Shown here in pieces: positions 49,572-63,400 of a DNA stretch of 64,000 bases. Source of the stretch: Callorhinchus milii (taxonomy: Eukaryota); assembly GCF_018977255.1 (NCBI RefSeq), contig NW_024704742.1:124374001-124438000 (forward strand), given 5' to 3'. A program made the translations under genes and the position numbers. The notes beneath the pieces were generated by a model that did no database searches, was not told where the DNA came from, and was given only the letters and a program-made list of their open reading frames with translations. Every line of letters starts with the position of its first letter. Position 1 is the stretch's first letter.

Positions 49572-52464
49572 AAGTCATCTCAAAACGCTTCACAGAATAT
49601 GCTGTAAAGTGTAGTGACTGTGCATTTTGCAGGCAAAAAATATAGGATATGGCCCAGCTGTGATGCCTGTGCAGTCAGATAGCCAGCTAACACTCCAGTG
49701 AGAAGTTCTCAGACGAAGACACAGTTGGAAAAGAGATTCTGGAGGGCAACTGGTGCCCGTGAATCTCTACCCGCAGTGGAAGGGAAACAATTGTTCGTTT
49801 ATCTCCAGGAGTCGAGGCGAGATGAGAACATTGGCCACAAAATAAATCCACTTGCTATGTGATAATTGGTTAAACATTCACTTATTTATCCTTGTGCTGC
49901 ACAGGACAGGTATTTAACACCTGGTTCACCTTGAATTTCTTGTTCCATTTGCTCCAGTTGCCATTAATGAGTGACAACACTGCCTGGTGTCTCATGTTCT
50001 TATCCAACCTATTCACTTCAACTCCTTTTGCTTGATAGCTCTCCTCAGCTCTCCCTTCTCCTGGTCCTGCTCATCTCCTGTAAGGTCTGAGCTCCTGATC
50101 CTCCATCCTTCCCGCTGAATTTGATTCAGTGGGGATTTTTCTGTTTCTTTTCACACCTCCGTGCCTTTTTGTATCTGGTTCTGGTGTTTATTCAAGTGCT
50201 TCTGTTGTCCCGGTGGCTCCTCATTAACTGCACCCCATTCTGGATTTTCCACCCTCTAGACAGCTCAGCTTGACCCAGACTTAACCTCTTGCCCTTGTTG
50301 GCCTTTCACTGTCTGTTGAAAGGAGTTGGTGTTCAGCACCTGAGTTACTGATTCCCTCAACACACGATAATTTAAAGTGACATTACACAGCACAAGTGAA
50401 AGATGTAAAATTAATTATGCATGACCCTTTTATTCCTGTGACTTTAAATAATTTGTTTCAAAAATAATTAATTCAGCTAATTTTGGAACTAAATATTGTA
50501 TTAACGAATAAATGAATCACGCAATACACATATTTATTCAAGACATTCCTCCCTTCAGCCTCCACGACATCAGTTGAGAACTATTTATTCTCATAAGTTT
50601 GTTTTGAGGCTGTAACAATAATAATAGCCCTTGCATTCAATGTAGCATCGAATTGTCTCAGCATTTCACAGGATCTTACAGTAGAGTGTAGTGACTGTAT
50701 TTTTGTAGGCAAACACGGCAACCAATTTGAACACAGCAATTACCCATAAACAAAGTAACATCAAAGTAATATATTTAAACTCCCACCACATCATTCAATA
50801 ATAACAATGATATTCACTGATGTAGCATATTATTGTTAAACAGTGCTTTGGAGTTCAGGAGGAAAGTGCATATTGAATAGTCCCTGTGATAAAAAGCCTA
50901 TCACCTTTGTGTTTCTTCAGCACCTATGCGCCATTAATGTCCTGTAACCTTGTGAACTTGGATATATTTCGCCCATAAAATATACAGTCAATTCACTTTA
51001 CAGTATATTCTGTGAAGCACTTGGAGACGTCTCAAAGATGTGATAAGGCGCTATATTAAATGCAAGGATATTATATATCATATGAATAAAAATCTGCTTA
51101 ATTAGCATCTCATGTACTTTGAATAGAAATTAAATTAGCAGTAACAGACTTGCTTGTCTTTCTGAGACTAGGGAAATCATTCTACATTTATTGGTAAATT
51201 TACTCATCACGGAAACTAATCCGAGACAACTCTCAGCTTTTGCTGTTCATGAGATGTTAGCTGCAGAATTTGAAAGGATTCAGACATGCTACAAATCCTG
51301 CAATGGAACCATGTAAAGTTGCAGCACAGAAGGAGGTCATTTCTATTCATCATGCTGGCTCTCTGAAAGAACTACAGTATACATTTAGTTCAATTTTCCT
51401 GCCTTTTCGCCATACAGTTTTATATATATAGAATCAAGGACATAGGGTTGAAGCAGAGATGCCCATCACAACAGATCTTCATCACACCAACCAGCAGGAT
51501 CTCTGCTCCGACACAATATCCTTCCAGGAGAACAGAGTGACAAGATGCACCTCCGGTTACTTGAAGGATTCAATCCTTTGTAAACCCTGTATTTTTAAAC
51601 TTCAGACTGGTTGTCAAATGTGGATCATCTCAAGCAACTGCAATTTTAAATAGAGACTGCATTGGTTTGGAAGAGTTGGGCCATCCTCCCGACGTGAAAG
51701 GCGCTATACAAATGTAATTTGTTGTTGTAGCTTACTCAAGTGTGTAAGCTCTATTCATTTTTATTGCTATATTAATACAGTAGCTCATTGTAACATTAAT
51801 TGAAGTTATATTACAATAAAATTACTTGATCATGATGTTATTTCCATTCTGTTATAAGCACTTTAGCATGGTCCTGTTCGTACTTACACTTACATTCAAA
51901 GCTCACAAAGGGCAAGTGGTCACTTAGGTGAGTTACTCAAGGTGCCAAGGACCCTTGGAACAGCAAGGCAATAAAATGTCATTGCCTTTTTGAAACTAGG
52001 AAAGAAAATTAGAGGGAATGTAAAAGCAATTAACAAGGCACTGTGAACAAGAACCAACTGCTATCCTCAGACTGCAGATTGCAGGCCTGTACTCGCACAC
52101 TTTGATTTGTGCCCTTCTGCTCCCTCTGTCCAGATCTCAGATTAACTTTCTTTGTTGTCGCTCTGTCTTTGTCCTCCCTTGCAAGGCAGAGTTCAATTGA
52201 GTCTATGGGAGGCAGAGTTTACCCAGACCTATATCACATTAAGTGCTCTCCATCGCTGATAGAGCTATCGTGAGGGTTGCTGTAGTCGGAATGAAGAGGA
52301 AGCTTAGAGACAAAATGAGAAGGGAGAGGTATTCTGTGTTGGTTTTCTTTTTTGTTTTTTTTCTGAAAAGAGCCCAAGGACAAATAAGAAAAGGAAACAG
52401 AGGTAAGAAAGTCAGAAAATGTAAATAGAGAGGCAATTACAGAAAAAGGTAAGTGAAGTGAAAA

Positions 52465-52870
52465 CAACACCACTACCAACAACAAATTGCATTTATATAG
52501 AGTGCCTTTCACATCAGGACGATGTCCCAAGGCACTGAAAAGGAAAAATGACAGGCAAAAGAAGCCAATCTCATGGAAAGTGTCAATAAAAAATAAAAAT
52601 GTAAGGAAAAAGAATGAAACATATTAAACAAAAGGCATGAAAAAAGCAAATACAACAGCTTGCGCTACCTTCACTTCGGGTGGTGTCTTGGAGCGCTAAC
52701 AGTGGTGGAGCCTGGTGCCACACTGGGGAGAGAGTGGAGCTCATTGTAAACATGGTCGAAAAGGAAAGTCTTCAGGTGCGATCTGAAGATGCTGTAAGGT
52801 GGGGGACAAGGTGAAGGGATTGAGAAAAGAGTTCCAGAGATAAAAAGAGCGTTTTTAAGATAGACAATGA
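52465..52870 (-). mobile_element. L2 3' tail fragments
   Basis: caacaaattgcatttatatag tail. ORF 52671-52937 contains FRSHLKTFLFD. Confidence 0.7.
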
Positions 52871-53644
52871 GAGTTAGAGCTAGAGTGTATATCGATGAGA
52901 GAACAAATAAGGGACGTGTCTGGCAATGTGTGCGCATTTAGAAAGCTGTCCCTCACCCAACCACACTGTGCTCTAGCTTGCTTGCCTCATGTGCACTTTA
53001 TGCTTTTCGATTTTGTCTGCTGTGTGCAGAGCTTGTCTGGCCATCTTGCCCCTGCCACTAGTGAATTAGTTGTTTCTGCTTTACACGCAATTGTGAACTT
53101 ATAAGAAAACATGCTTACACATCTGGTAACGGTTTTACATTCAGTCAGCTGCCTTTCCAGGCAGGCACTTTACTCCTCAACTTAGCATCACAATGTTACC
53201 CTGGCTAGTTTCTTTCCTGGCCACGTGACTACAGATATTAATGGTTCGATCTATGCAACAAGCAAAAGAGAGATTTCAGTGAGAAGAGAAAACCAAGAAA
53301 TCCTCTATCTCGGGCTGCAGATCCAGAAATGCAGGAACATCCTTCACCCGCTGCTTCCAGAAGTTCAGATTGCCAGCCAACCCATGGCTTCTCCTAAACC
53401 CATTCTCTGGAGCTTTCGAGCATTTCAAAAGTGGTTGTTTAGGCAATTAAGAGTCAGGCATTTAAACCACATGTTCCAACACATTAGTCTTTTATGCCTG
53501 AGGTACTCTCACACACGTTTACTCTGAGCTTATGAATAGAAGACGTCCTCAACCCAAACCGATTTTTCTCAGGGTGGAGGATAGGCAGCTACCATGGTCT
53601 CCAGCCCCTGATGATGACCTGCAGAAAGTACTACTGAGTCAAGT

Positions 53645-53910
53645 CAACAACAACAACAACAAATTACATTTGTATAGTGGCTTTCACGTCAGGAGGACAT
53701 CCCAAATGGCTGGACAGTCAGGCATCTGACCTGAGCTGGTGGTTGTAATCAGGAGGGGTGGAGGTCAGGGATGGTAGGGGTAGGAGGGTGACTGAAGGCA
53801 CAGTACAAGAGGAGTGTCTTGAGATGGGTCTTGAAGGAGGCAATGGAGGGGCTGAGGCGTAGGGACTGTGGGATGGAATTCCAGAGGGTGGTCAGTGGTG
53901 CCCACTGGGC
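53645..53910 (-). mobile_element. L2 3' fragment
   Basis: (caa)n tail and LWNSIPQSLRLSPSIASFKTHLKTLL. Confidence 0.85.
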
Positions 53911-54126
53911 ATACCGGATGAGGCTTGCAGGAAGTGATGCTGCAGTGCTTTCTACACACAGCACCCACCCAGGTAGTAGTATCAGTGGCACAACCGTTGA
54001 GATATTGGACCCAATCTGCCATACGTTTACTGTATTTCTTAATAGGAATCCAGAACTAAGAATTCAAGTTATACAAATGGGGACTTCTTTTCTTCAAACT
54101 ATGGTCTATCAACCATACTGATTATG

Positions 54127-54385
54127 GTGAGTTCCTGTAGCTTAGTGGTTAGAGCACTCGCCTCACAAGCAAGCAAAAGAACCTGGGTTTGAATCCTGGG
54201 CAGGGCAAAATATTGGGTAAGTTTCCTTTCTCCACAAGCCTCTGTTTACCCAGCAGTAAGTAGCAACTCAGTTGTTAGTCGATTGGTGGATTGCTTTTCC
54301 AGGGTTGATAATCCCTTCAAAAAATAATAATAATTTGGTCACTCAATTCACAACTGTTTGTGGGATACTGTAGTGCGCAGTTGTA
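54127..54385 (+). mobile_element. tRNA-derived SINE, long-body variant, 3'-truncated
   Basis: cctgtagcttagtggttagagcactcgcc head. Collinear with 57352-57680 except for an extra segment of about 65 bp. Confidence 0.85.
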
Positions 54386-54419
54386 TCTTCAGTCAGACTG
54401 TTGTCCAAAGTGGAAATGT

Positions 54420-55050
54420 AAAGTGGCACTTGAGGGTCACACATTGAGTTTGACGAATGCAAAAATGGTATTTCCTCCAGCTGGATACGACAGTCATCAT
54501 TCAAAATGTCAGAGTGCAAGAATCCATTCACAAATCCAGAAATTGCAAAGGGATGTATGTTTCTCGCCACTTAAAAACACCCAAATCATTCAAGAAATTT
54601 CACAAATCCCTCTGTAGCACATCACAGCTGTTCAACTTGATATTCAAAGGGTATAACCAGTTGCCGCAACACCCAATGAAATGTGAATACTCTGCCCTCG
54701 CAATTCATTAATCCACTGATGTCCTTGACACAGCTGAGCTTTATGTGCTTGTATATTTTACAATGGTGAGCAGTTCATTGAAAACTTCTTGTTCCTATTT
54801 TCCAGTGCCAGGCAGAACAAGAGATACCTTCAATGACATGTTCAAATTCTGTGAAACACAGCAAAATGCATTGCATCGAGTCAATTACAGCAGAATATGC
54901 ACCATCAATGGCAGGACATGTCAAGAGGCTTTTCACAGAGAGAGTTTCAAGTGCCAACACTATCTTAGAGAATTCCACAGGAAGAATTGATGCATGTTGT
55001 CATCACTATACATCTGTACCCTTTTTGGTGTAACACAGAATGCTGAGGTG
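54420..55050 (+). mobile_element. Decayed hAT-Charlie (SPIN/GTF2IRD2-like) transposase fragment
   Basis: Ordered motifs KNPFTNPEIAKGCM, ISQIPL*HIT, CEYSALAIH*STDVLDTAEL (compare FSLALDESTD..DTAQL), SITAEYAPSMAG (compare TTDGAPAMVG) and CCHH. Confidence 0.8.
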
Positions 55051-55287
55051 TGCTCGAGCAATGGTATTGTCTGACTTTAATCTAGAACATGTTGTACTAT
55101 GTATAGTACAGCCTGCCAATACTTTTTAGTGTTATGAAGAGGACAGACTCTGGCAAACCACACACTTGCAGTCCATTAATATATTTGGCTTTGAACTGTC
55201 CTGAATCCCAGAGCTCGAGAGTCAATCTACCAAACAAGACTATAATATTTCATTATTGTATACAAAAAGGCTGTACAATAATAAAAA

Positions 55288-55650
55288 TAGTAATACCGTG
55301 TGCAGTTGATAAAGTGTCTTATCACTTCGACAAAATGTCCACAAGATTATTGTAAAGTGTAATGACTTGTAGTCAAATGCAGCAGCCAATTTGTGCACAA
55401 CCAATGTCCCACAAACAGGCATGAAGTGAATGATCTATTTTATCTTGGAGATTGTTGACCGGGACACCGGGATGGGATGGACCGCTTTAGATCTTTAACA
55501 TCAACCTGAACAGGCAGATGTGTCCTCAGTTTAACACGTCATCCAAAGGACAACACGTCAAACAATGCAGTGCCCCCACCCACCCACAGCACTGTATTGG
55601 CGTGTGTTCAAAGTTCCAATGTGAAGCTTAAACCCACAACCTTCTTATTT
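55288..55650 (-). mobile_element. Deu-SINE, degenerate
   Basis: gcagccaatttgtgcacaa..gggacaccggg..atctttaacatcaacctgaacaggcag..aacccacaaccttct. Confidence 0.8.
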
Positions 55651-57351
55651 AGAAAGCCTCTGTAGTGACAAGCAAGAGTACAATGTTTTCTTATCCACAG
55701 AATTTTAGTTATTTGGACTTCCAGTATAAATTAAAACTAATTGTCAAAAACAAATATCCATAGCTTCAAACCTCTTAGAGAAAGGTGACTTCATTCTCAA
55801 CATTTTTTTTTAACTTGGTCTTCTCAGTATAACACATCATTTGTTTGTCACTGTTCAATTCAGTCTTTATGTGTAGATAGTATTTTGCTATTCGTTTAGT
55901 TAGATGGAAAATGACCCATGACGTAGAAAGTAATATCACCAGTGAAGTGAACCAGTTTGCTTTTGAGAGAAGAAAAAAATGGTGGTCTAAAATTTTTGAT
56001 TAAGAGTTTCTTGTGAGAATTCACTGAGTAACCAGTGTTACTTGTAAGTAGGCACATTGTTTGGGCTTGTAAATCGCCAAAGGTGTTAAGGACAAGGAAC
56101 GTTCCCATGCAAATTGTTATGTGACAGTTTTAATCCTTCATCTCCACCCTGTCAGAAACAGACTATCTGGTGTTTAATGTCATTGCGCAGAGATCGAGCA
56201 CACGAGCTTTACATTATATTGCGGATTATCTATCTTTTAGCTGCCAATATAGACTCTTGTCTTTGTATTCAATGCTAGGTCTTGGCAGTAACTTTTGACC
56301 AAACAAACATTGTATAGATTTTGTTTTTATGAGTTTATTTTGACTCTAGTTCAAACTTTAATCTAATTTGTGACTTTTTAAAATATAAAATAGAATAAAT
56401 ATTATGTCAGAGTGTTTTTTTAACTGGCAAACATTTTCAATGTTAATCATGGAATATCTGAGATTGTAATGGATTTCATTGTAATAGCAGTTTGAGTGGG
56501 TGAACATTCAGGATTTGTAATTAAGAATAAGTACTATTGAAGCAATATAACAGATTATAAAATACATTTTTGAATGAATGCTAGGACCAACTTACTCATT
56601 ACCAGTGACTGATCTGCCCTTCCAGTTCCTGCCGATGAGCCAGGGTGGCTGTGCTGTCATCAGCAGTGCCCTGAAATATTGCAGATCCGCTTGGCTCAGG
56701 GACTGGACTACCGAGACTGCCACAGAGGGTTGGGTCAATTCCGACATTCTGTTGCCAGGCATGTCACCTTGGAACCAGTTACTTGGAATTGTCACGAGCT
56801 GGTTAATGTTTGATTAAAACAAACAATGATTTAAAAAAAGCAATACAAAACAGATGATCATCTGGGGAACTGTATGGTGCAATACATGGAACACTGTTCT
56901 TCTGCCTTGCAGGACTTAAGTTTAAATTCTGTCCAAACTAACATCTTTAATGTTGTCCTAAGTGAATAGGTTGGTCTCAATCCAATCTGGTGTGCCAAGA
57001 CATTGGGATCTCCTACTCAGAAACTAAGGTTGTCTGATATAGAAAGACGATCTGCCAATTATGTAGTGAAGAACTTTGGGCATAAATCCATGTTGTGGAA
57101 TTGGATGTACCACGGTAATTTGATATAGATATCGGATAGAGTCCATCAACGTGCTATGTTGATGGTTATCTGAATTGGCACCAATATTAAATCATTCCTG
57201 AGGTGGGCTTGTTTAAACCATCATTATTTCAGCATGCATAAATCAACCAAGGCATTCTATTTCACACGCTGAATGTCAGCCAATTTGAGATATACTCAAC
57301 AGCTGAGATACAATGAAACTTTGACATCAAACACTATTGAGATGATGGCTA

Positions 57352-57680
57352 GGGTGGCTGTGCTGTAGCTCAGTGGTTAGAGCACTCGCTTTGCAAGCGA
57401 GAGACCTGAGTTCAATCCCAGGCAGGGCGAAACCTTGGGCAAGTTTCCTTATTCCACACGCCTAATAATAATCCCTCCAAAACCAAAAACAATAATAAAT
57501 TGGTCATTTTCAATCTACAACTGTTTGTGGGACATTGCTGTGCGCAATTGGCTGCCGCGTTCGCCCACAAATATACAGTCAATTCACTTTACAGTGTGTT
57601 CTGTGAAGCGCTTTGGGACGTCCTCCCGACGTGAAAAGCGCTATATCAAATGCAAGGATTATTATTATTATTATTATTAT
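57352..57680 (+). mobile_element. Young full-length tRNA-Ala-like SINE with TSD
   Basis: tgtagctcagtggttagagcactcgctttgcaagcgagagacctgagttcaatccc head and an (att)n tail. TSD atggcta at 57345-57351 and 57679-57685, partly overlapping the tail. Confidence 0.95.
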
Positions 57681-57923
57681 GGCTAACCTTGTACACCTTT
57701 CCACTCTGTTGTTCATCTTTGAGCATGGTTCAGGTAAAGCAGCTGATATGAAGGAACTGTGATAACCATGTAATTGATCTGGTGTCATTTAATATTTAAT
57801 AATGACATCTTGATACTTCAAAAAGTTTTTATTATACCTTCCAATTTTCTTTTTGCTGTTTATTTTCACTTTCAGCCTCTCAATGCGTTGCATGAGATCT
57901 GGAGCGAGAAGACTCCAGGTGGC

Positions 57924-60095
57924 ATCATAGAATCATAGAATCATAGAATCATACAGCACAAAAAGAGGCCATTTGGCCCATTGAGTTTGTGCCGGCTCTT
58001 TGAATAGAGCAATTAATGTCAATCCCACTCCCCAGCCCTTTCCCCATAACCCTGCAAATCCGTCCTCCTCAAATACCCGTCCACCGCGTTTTTAAAAGTA
58101 GTTATCGAATCGGCCTCGACCACCCTTTCAGGCAATGTGTTCCAGATTCGAACAACTCGCTGCATGAAAAAATTTCTTCTCACCTCCCCTCTGCTTCTTT
58201 TAGATACTATTTTGAATCTGTGACCTCGAGTCACCGACACACCCACCAGTGGAAACAGTTTTTCCCTTTCTAACCTATCAAATCCCCTCATGATTTTGAA
58301 GACCTCTATTAGGTCTCCTCGTAACCTTCTCTGCTCCAATGAGGATAATCCTAACCTCTCTAGCCTTTCCTCATAATCAAGGTCCATCATTCCTGGTACC
58401 ATCCTCGTAAATCTCCTCTGCACCCTTTCCAATGCCTTAACATCCTTCCTATAGTGTGGTGCCCAGAACTGGGTGCAGTATTCTAACTGAGGCCTAACCA
58501 GTGTTTTATATAGGTTAATCATAACCTCCTGACTCTTGTACTCTCTGCCCCTATTTATAAAGCCTAGTATCCCATATGCCCTTTTTACAGCTTTATCTAC
58601 CTGTCCTGCCACCTTCAAGGATTCATTTACCTGAAACCCCAGGTCTTTCTGCTCTTCACCCCCCACTTAAGATTGTATTACCAGCCTATATTGCTGCCCC
58701 TCATTCTTTCTTCCAAAATGCAATACCTCACATTTCTCCACATTGAAACTCATCTGCCATGTGTCTGCCCATTTTACCATTCTGTCTATGTCTTCCTGCA
58801 GTTGGCTACTATCCTTCTCACTGTTTACCACCCTACCTAACTTTGTGTCGTCAGCAAACTTGGAAATGCTACTTGCTATACCCAAGTCCAGATCATTTAT
58901 GTATATTAAGAAGAGCAGTGGTCCTAATACCGATCCCTGGGGGATGCCACTGTACACTTCCCTCCAGTCAGAAAAGCAGCCTTTCACCACAACTCTCTGC
59001 TTTCTGTCTCCCAGCCAGTTGTGGATCCGCTGCCACTGTCCCTTTTATACCATGGGCTTCTATCTTTCTTACAAGTCTTTCATGTGCACTTTGTAAATGC
59101 CTTTTGAAAGTCCATGCAAACTAAATCAACTGCACTACGTTTAACCAACCTCTCTGTTACCTCGAAATCTCGAAAAATTCTATTAGATTTGTTAGACAAA
59201 ATTTGCCTTCAACAAATCTGTGCTGGCTTTCCCTAATTAACCCATATTCTTCTAAGTGAAGATTTATTCTGTCCCGGATTATAGTCTCCAGGAGTTTCCC
59301 CACGACTGATGTTAGGCTGACTGGCCTGTAGTTCCCAGGTTTATCCTTCGGTCCCTTTTTGTACAGGGAGTCACATTGGCCAGTCTCCAGTCCTCTGGCA
59401 CCACTCCTGTGTCCAACGAAGATTGAAAAATTGTAGCCAAAGCCTCCGCTATTTGTACATAGTAACCTTGGTTGCATCCTGTGATGACGGGTGATTTATC
59501 TACCTTCAGCGCAGTCACCCTTTTCAGTACTTCCTCTCTGTTTATACTTATCCTATCCATTTCCTCTATCCTCTCCTCCAATACTGCGGCATTTGGTGCA
59601 TCCACTTCTTTTGTGAAGACCGTGCAAAATACTCATTCAGTACATCTGCCATGCCCTCTGCCTACAAAACAACTTTTCCGCCTTGTTCCTTAATTAGCCC
59701 CACCATACCTTTGACTAACCTTTTTTTCTTGATATGCTTGTAAAATATTTCAGAATTCCCTTTAATGTTATCTGCTAACCTTTTTTCGTATAACCTTTTT
59801 GCCCCTCCTATTTCCTTTTTCAAACCTCTTCTCCACTTCCTATATTCTATTCGGTTGTCTTCTATATCTTGGGTTTGACATTTGTCATACGCCTCCTTTT
59901 TCTGCTTCATTCTAGATACAATTACCTTTGTCATCCAGGGAGGTTTGGAAGCCCTACTCTTCCCTTTTGTGGGAATGTATTTATTCTGTCCCCGAGCTAT
60001 CTCATCCTTGAAGACTTCCCACTGCTCTTTAGTTGTTTTACCTGCCAATCTTTCTTTCCAGTCCACCTTGGCTAGGTCCCTTTTTAAGTCACTGA
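57924..60095 (-). mobile_element. 5'-truncated CR1 LINE (RT and C-terminal domain)
   Basis: ORF pieces [42 protein letters not shown] and RVVRIWNTLP. Tail is (ATTCTATG)n. Confidence 0.97.
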
Positions 60096-60152
60096 GGCTT
60101 CTGGCGAGATCTTTGCTGATTCTGTTCTGTAATTTGTTGCTGGAAAGAGATT

Positions 60153-60449
60153 AACAACAACTTGCATTTATATGGTGTCCTTCATGCAAATAGTATCTCG
60201 GAGCACATAACAACAAATTGCACTTATATAGCACCCTCTACGCAGGGTAGCATCTCAAAGCGCTTAATAAACCATAACAGCAGCATGGCTTGATACTGAG
60301 CCAGAAAGGGAGAGGTGTCCGAACGCATGTTGAAGAGGAAAGTCTTCAGGTGTGATTTGAAGATGGGCAAAGAGAGGATAAACCGGAGGTTCTGAGGCAA
60401 GGAGTTCCAGAGATTCGAGGCACAGTGGCTGAAAGCACGACTGCTAATT
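60153..60449 (-). mobile_element. L2 3' end (two stacked tails); continues at 63749-64000
   Basis: aacaacaacttgcatttata and caacaaattgcacttatatag tails. ggagttccagag..ctgaaagcacgactgc continues as gccaattgtggagcgg after 63749. Confidence 0.8.
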
Positions 60450-63400
60450 TAGTTAGGGAATGTTTAAAATAGGCACAAGGGTGGTTGCAGTTGCTGTAGG
60501 ATAGCATCTGAACCAATTAGGGAAAACCTTAAGGTGTACCAGTGTAATGGGTCTAACTCCAAAGATTGGTGAAAAAGAAACAAAAAATGCTCATAAAGTA
60601 AATGGGAAAGGCAAAAANCAATGGAGCTGTACCTACATTAATGCCAGAAGTCTGACAAACAAGGTGAATGACCTAGAAGGTCTTGTAGGGGTGATAATTG
60701 GATATCATTAGCATAACAGAGACATTGTGGAATGAATCCAATCAACGGGATATGCTTCGGAAAGGTTATAAATTGTTTAGGAGAAACCGTATCGAGAGAA
60801 GAGGAGGTGGTGTGTCACTATATAAAAGCTCCATTATTGAGACACAAATGAGAGAGCATTTAAAAAAGGAAAGAACTGAAACAGAATCACTGTAGAATTA
60901 AAAGATGGTAGCGGAGGTAAGCTATTACTGGGGGTTTGCTATAGACCCCCAAACCAGGGTGAAAGCCTTGATCTGGAACTGTGGGATGACATAAGGAAGG
61001 CCACTAGTAAGGGACTAATCATAGTGGTTGGAGATTTTAACTTACCTGAAATTGATTGGGATAATAATGTATCTACTGTAAGATCGGGAAGGGGTTTCTA
61101 GAGTTAAAAGAAGTCTGTTTTATGAATCAGATTGTAAAAGAGCCAACAAGAGGAGATAACATTTTGGATTTGATAATGAGCAACAGGGACAAGCAAAGCT
61201 CTAACATAAATGTGGGAGAAGCATTAAGCAACAGCGATCACAATGTAGTCACATTTGACATCACAAGAGTTGTTGAGGTTATAAAAACTCAAACAAAACT
61301 GCGAAATTTCGAGAGGACTGACTTTATGCACTTGAGAAATCTAGTTGGAGCGGACCTGGCAGGCTTAAATATGGCAGTGAGAGTGGAGGACCTATGAAGT
61401 TCCTTTAAGGAGGTGATTATAAAGGCAATGGAACAACGTGTACCCATGAGAAGCAAAGGTACCAAGCTTAGAGGCACTCCTGCCTGGTTGGATGGGGCTA
61501 CAAAGCAATCATAAAGAGGAGGAAAAAAATCATTGAAAGTCATGAAGGAAAATGGTATGGAAATAAGTCAGAATCAATACCGGAAAGCATGCCAGGACTG
61601 AAAAAAAGGCATCAGAATAGCAAAGAAAACCTTTGAATTGAACATGGCAAGAGATGTCAAGAATGATAACAAAACATTTTTTGTTTACAGTAAGAGTAGA
61701 AGAAAAACAAGCAATGGAATAGGGCCACTGAAGGTGGGTTTGGGAAACAATATGACAAATAATGCTACGCAGACTGCAATAGCGCTAAATAAGTTTTTTA
61801 CATCAATGTTTACCAAGGAGGAGACCTATCTGATCTGGAAAGAGAACTCAAGGATGTCGCAGAGAAAAGTTACAACACTATTCATATTACTACCAGCATG
61901 GTTGCCAAACAGCTGTGTAAACTTAAGGTAAATAAATCTCAGGGGCTGGATAAATTGCATCCGTGGATCCTCAAGGAACTAAGGGAGGAAGTCAAAGAAA
62001 CGCTGGTACAAGTCTTTCAAAACTTACTGAATACTGGAGAGGTGCCGGGGAATTGGAGAAAAGCAGATGTTACTCCTATTTTTAAGAAAAGTAACAAAAG
62101 TGACCCAGGAAACTACAGATCAGTAAGTTTGAACATCCATTGTGGGTAAAATTATGGATACTCTTATTAAGGATAAAATCATGGAGCATCTGGATAGAAA
62201 TAAAATCATGAATGATAGCCAATATGGGTTCATGAAGGGAAGATCATGTCGATCCAATTTGCTGTTTTTTCTTTGATGGTGTGACAAGGGAGCTTGATAA
62301 GGATAAGGCTGTGGATGATGTATATCCGGATTTCAGTAAAGTTTTTGATACAGTTCCTCTTGAGAGGCTGATACTGAAAATAAAAAAAGCGGGGATCAGT
62401 GGATGCATATTACAAAGGGTACGCAATTAGTTGAACAGAAGAACCCAGAAGGTGGTGGTACAGTGAATGTCATTAGACTGGGAAAATGTTACCAGTGGAG
62501 TTCTATAAGGTTCTGTTTTGTGACCTCTTTTGTTTAATATTATTATAAATGATCTGGAATTAGGATTCGCAAGCACAGTGGCTGAGTTTACGGATGACGA
62601 CAAGCTAATGAAAGTGGTAGATTGCAAAACTGAATAAGATAGGTTACAGGAGGATTTGAACATACTTGGGAATTGGGCAGATCGGTGGCAGATGAAATTC
62701 AATGTGGAGAAATGTAAAGTACTTCACAGGGGCACAAAAAATCCTGGAAGGGTCTATTATTTGAATGGAAGGAAAATAATATGTATGGAAAATGAAAAGG
62801 ACCTGGGCGTTCTGATTCACAATAAATTGAAGCTCTCCCAACAATGCTCTGTGGCAGTGCGTAAAACACACCAGATGTTGGGATGTATCAAAAGATCAAT
62901 AGCAAGCCAAAATAGTGGGGTAATCCTGCCACTGTATAAATCAATGGAGAGACCATACTTGTGGACAGTTCTGGTTGCCATAGTACAAAAATGATATTGG
63001 AGAAATCGCAACGATACAGAGGAGGGAAACCAAAATGATTGAGGGAATGGAAGGACTGGACTATAAGGAGCGACTAAGTAAATTAGGCATGTTCATGCTG
63101 GAAAAGAGAAGATTGAGAGACAACATGATTGCTATCTTTAAGATTCTAAAGGGGCAAGACAAAATAGATCATGACAGGCTGTTTAAACTTGTCCAGAATA
63201 GTAGAACCAGAGGACACGGCCCATGATGGAAGGGGAGTAAATTCAGAACAAATCTACGCCAACACTACTTCAGTGAGCGAATATGGAACAGGCTCCCTAT
63301 GGAGACGGTTGAAGAAGGAAGTGTTGATTCTTTCAAACACAGATTAGATAGTTTTCTTTTAGGAAATAAAATTATGAGATATAGTACATAGATAGTTTGG

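Noticed and set aside
53600..53640. CTGATGA..GAAAGTACTA hammerhead-like motif
   Set aside because: Stem II has only 2 bp and there is no stem I complementarity.
57362..57425. tRNA-Ala(TGC) gene (also tRNA-like heads at 30971 and 54127)
   Set aside because: No proper acceptor stem, and it runs into a SINE body with tail and TSD.
58019..58990. 215-aa and 107-aa ORFs as a host gene
   Set aside because: CR1 ORF2 fragments with deletions and frameshifts.
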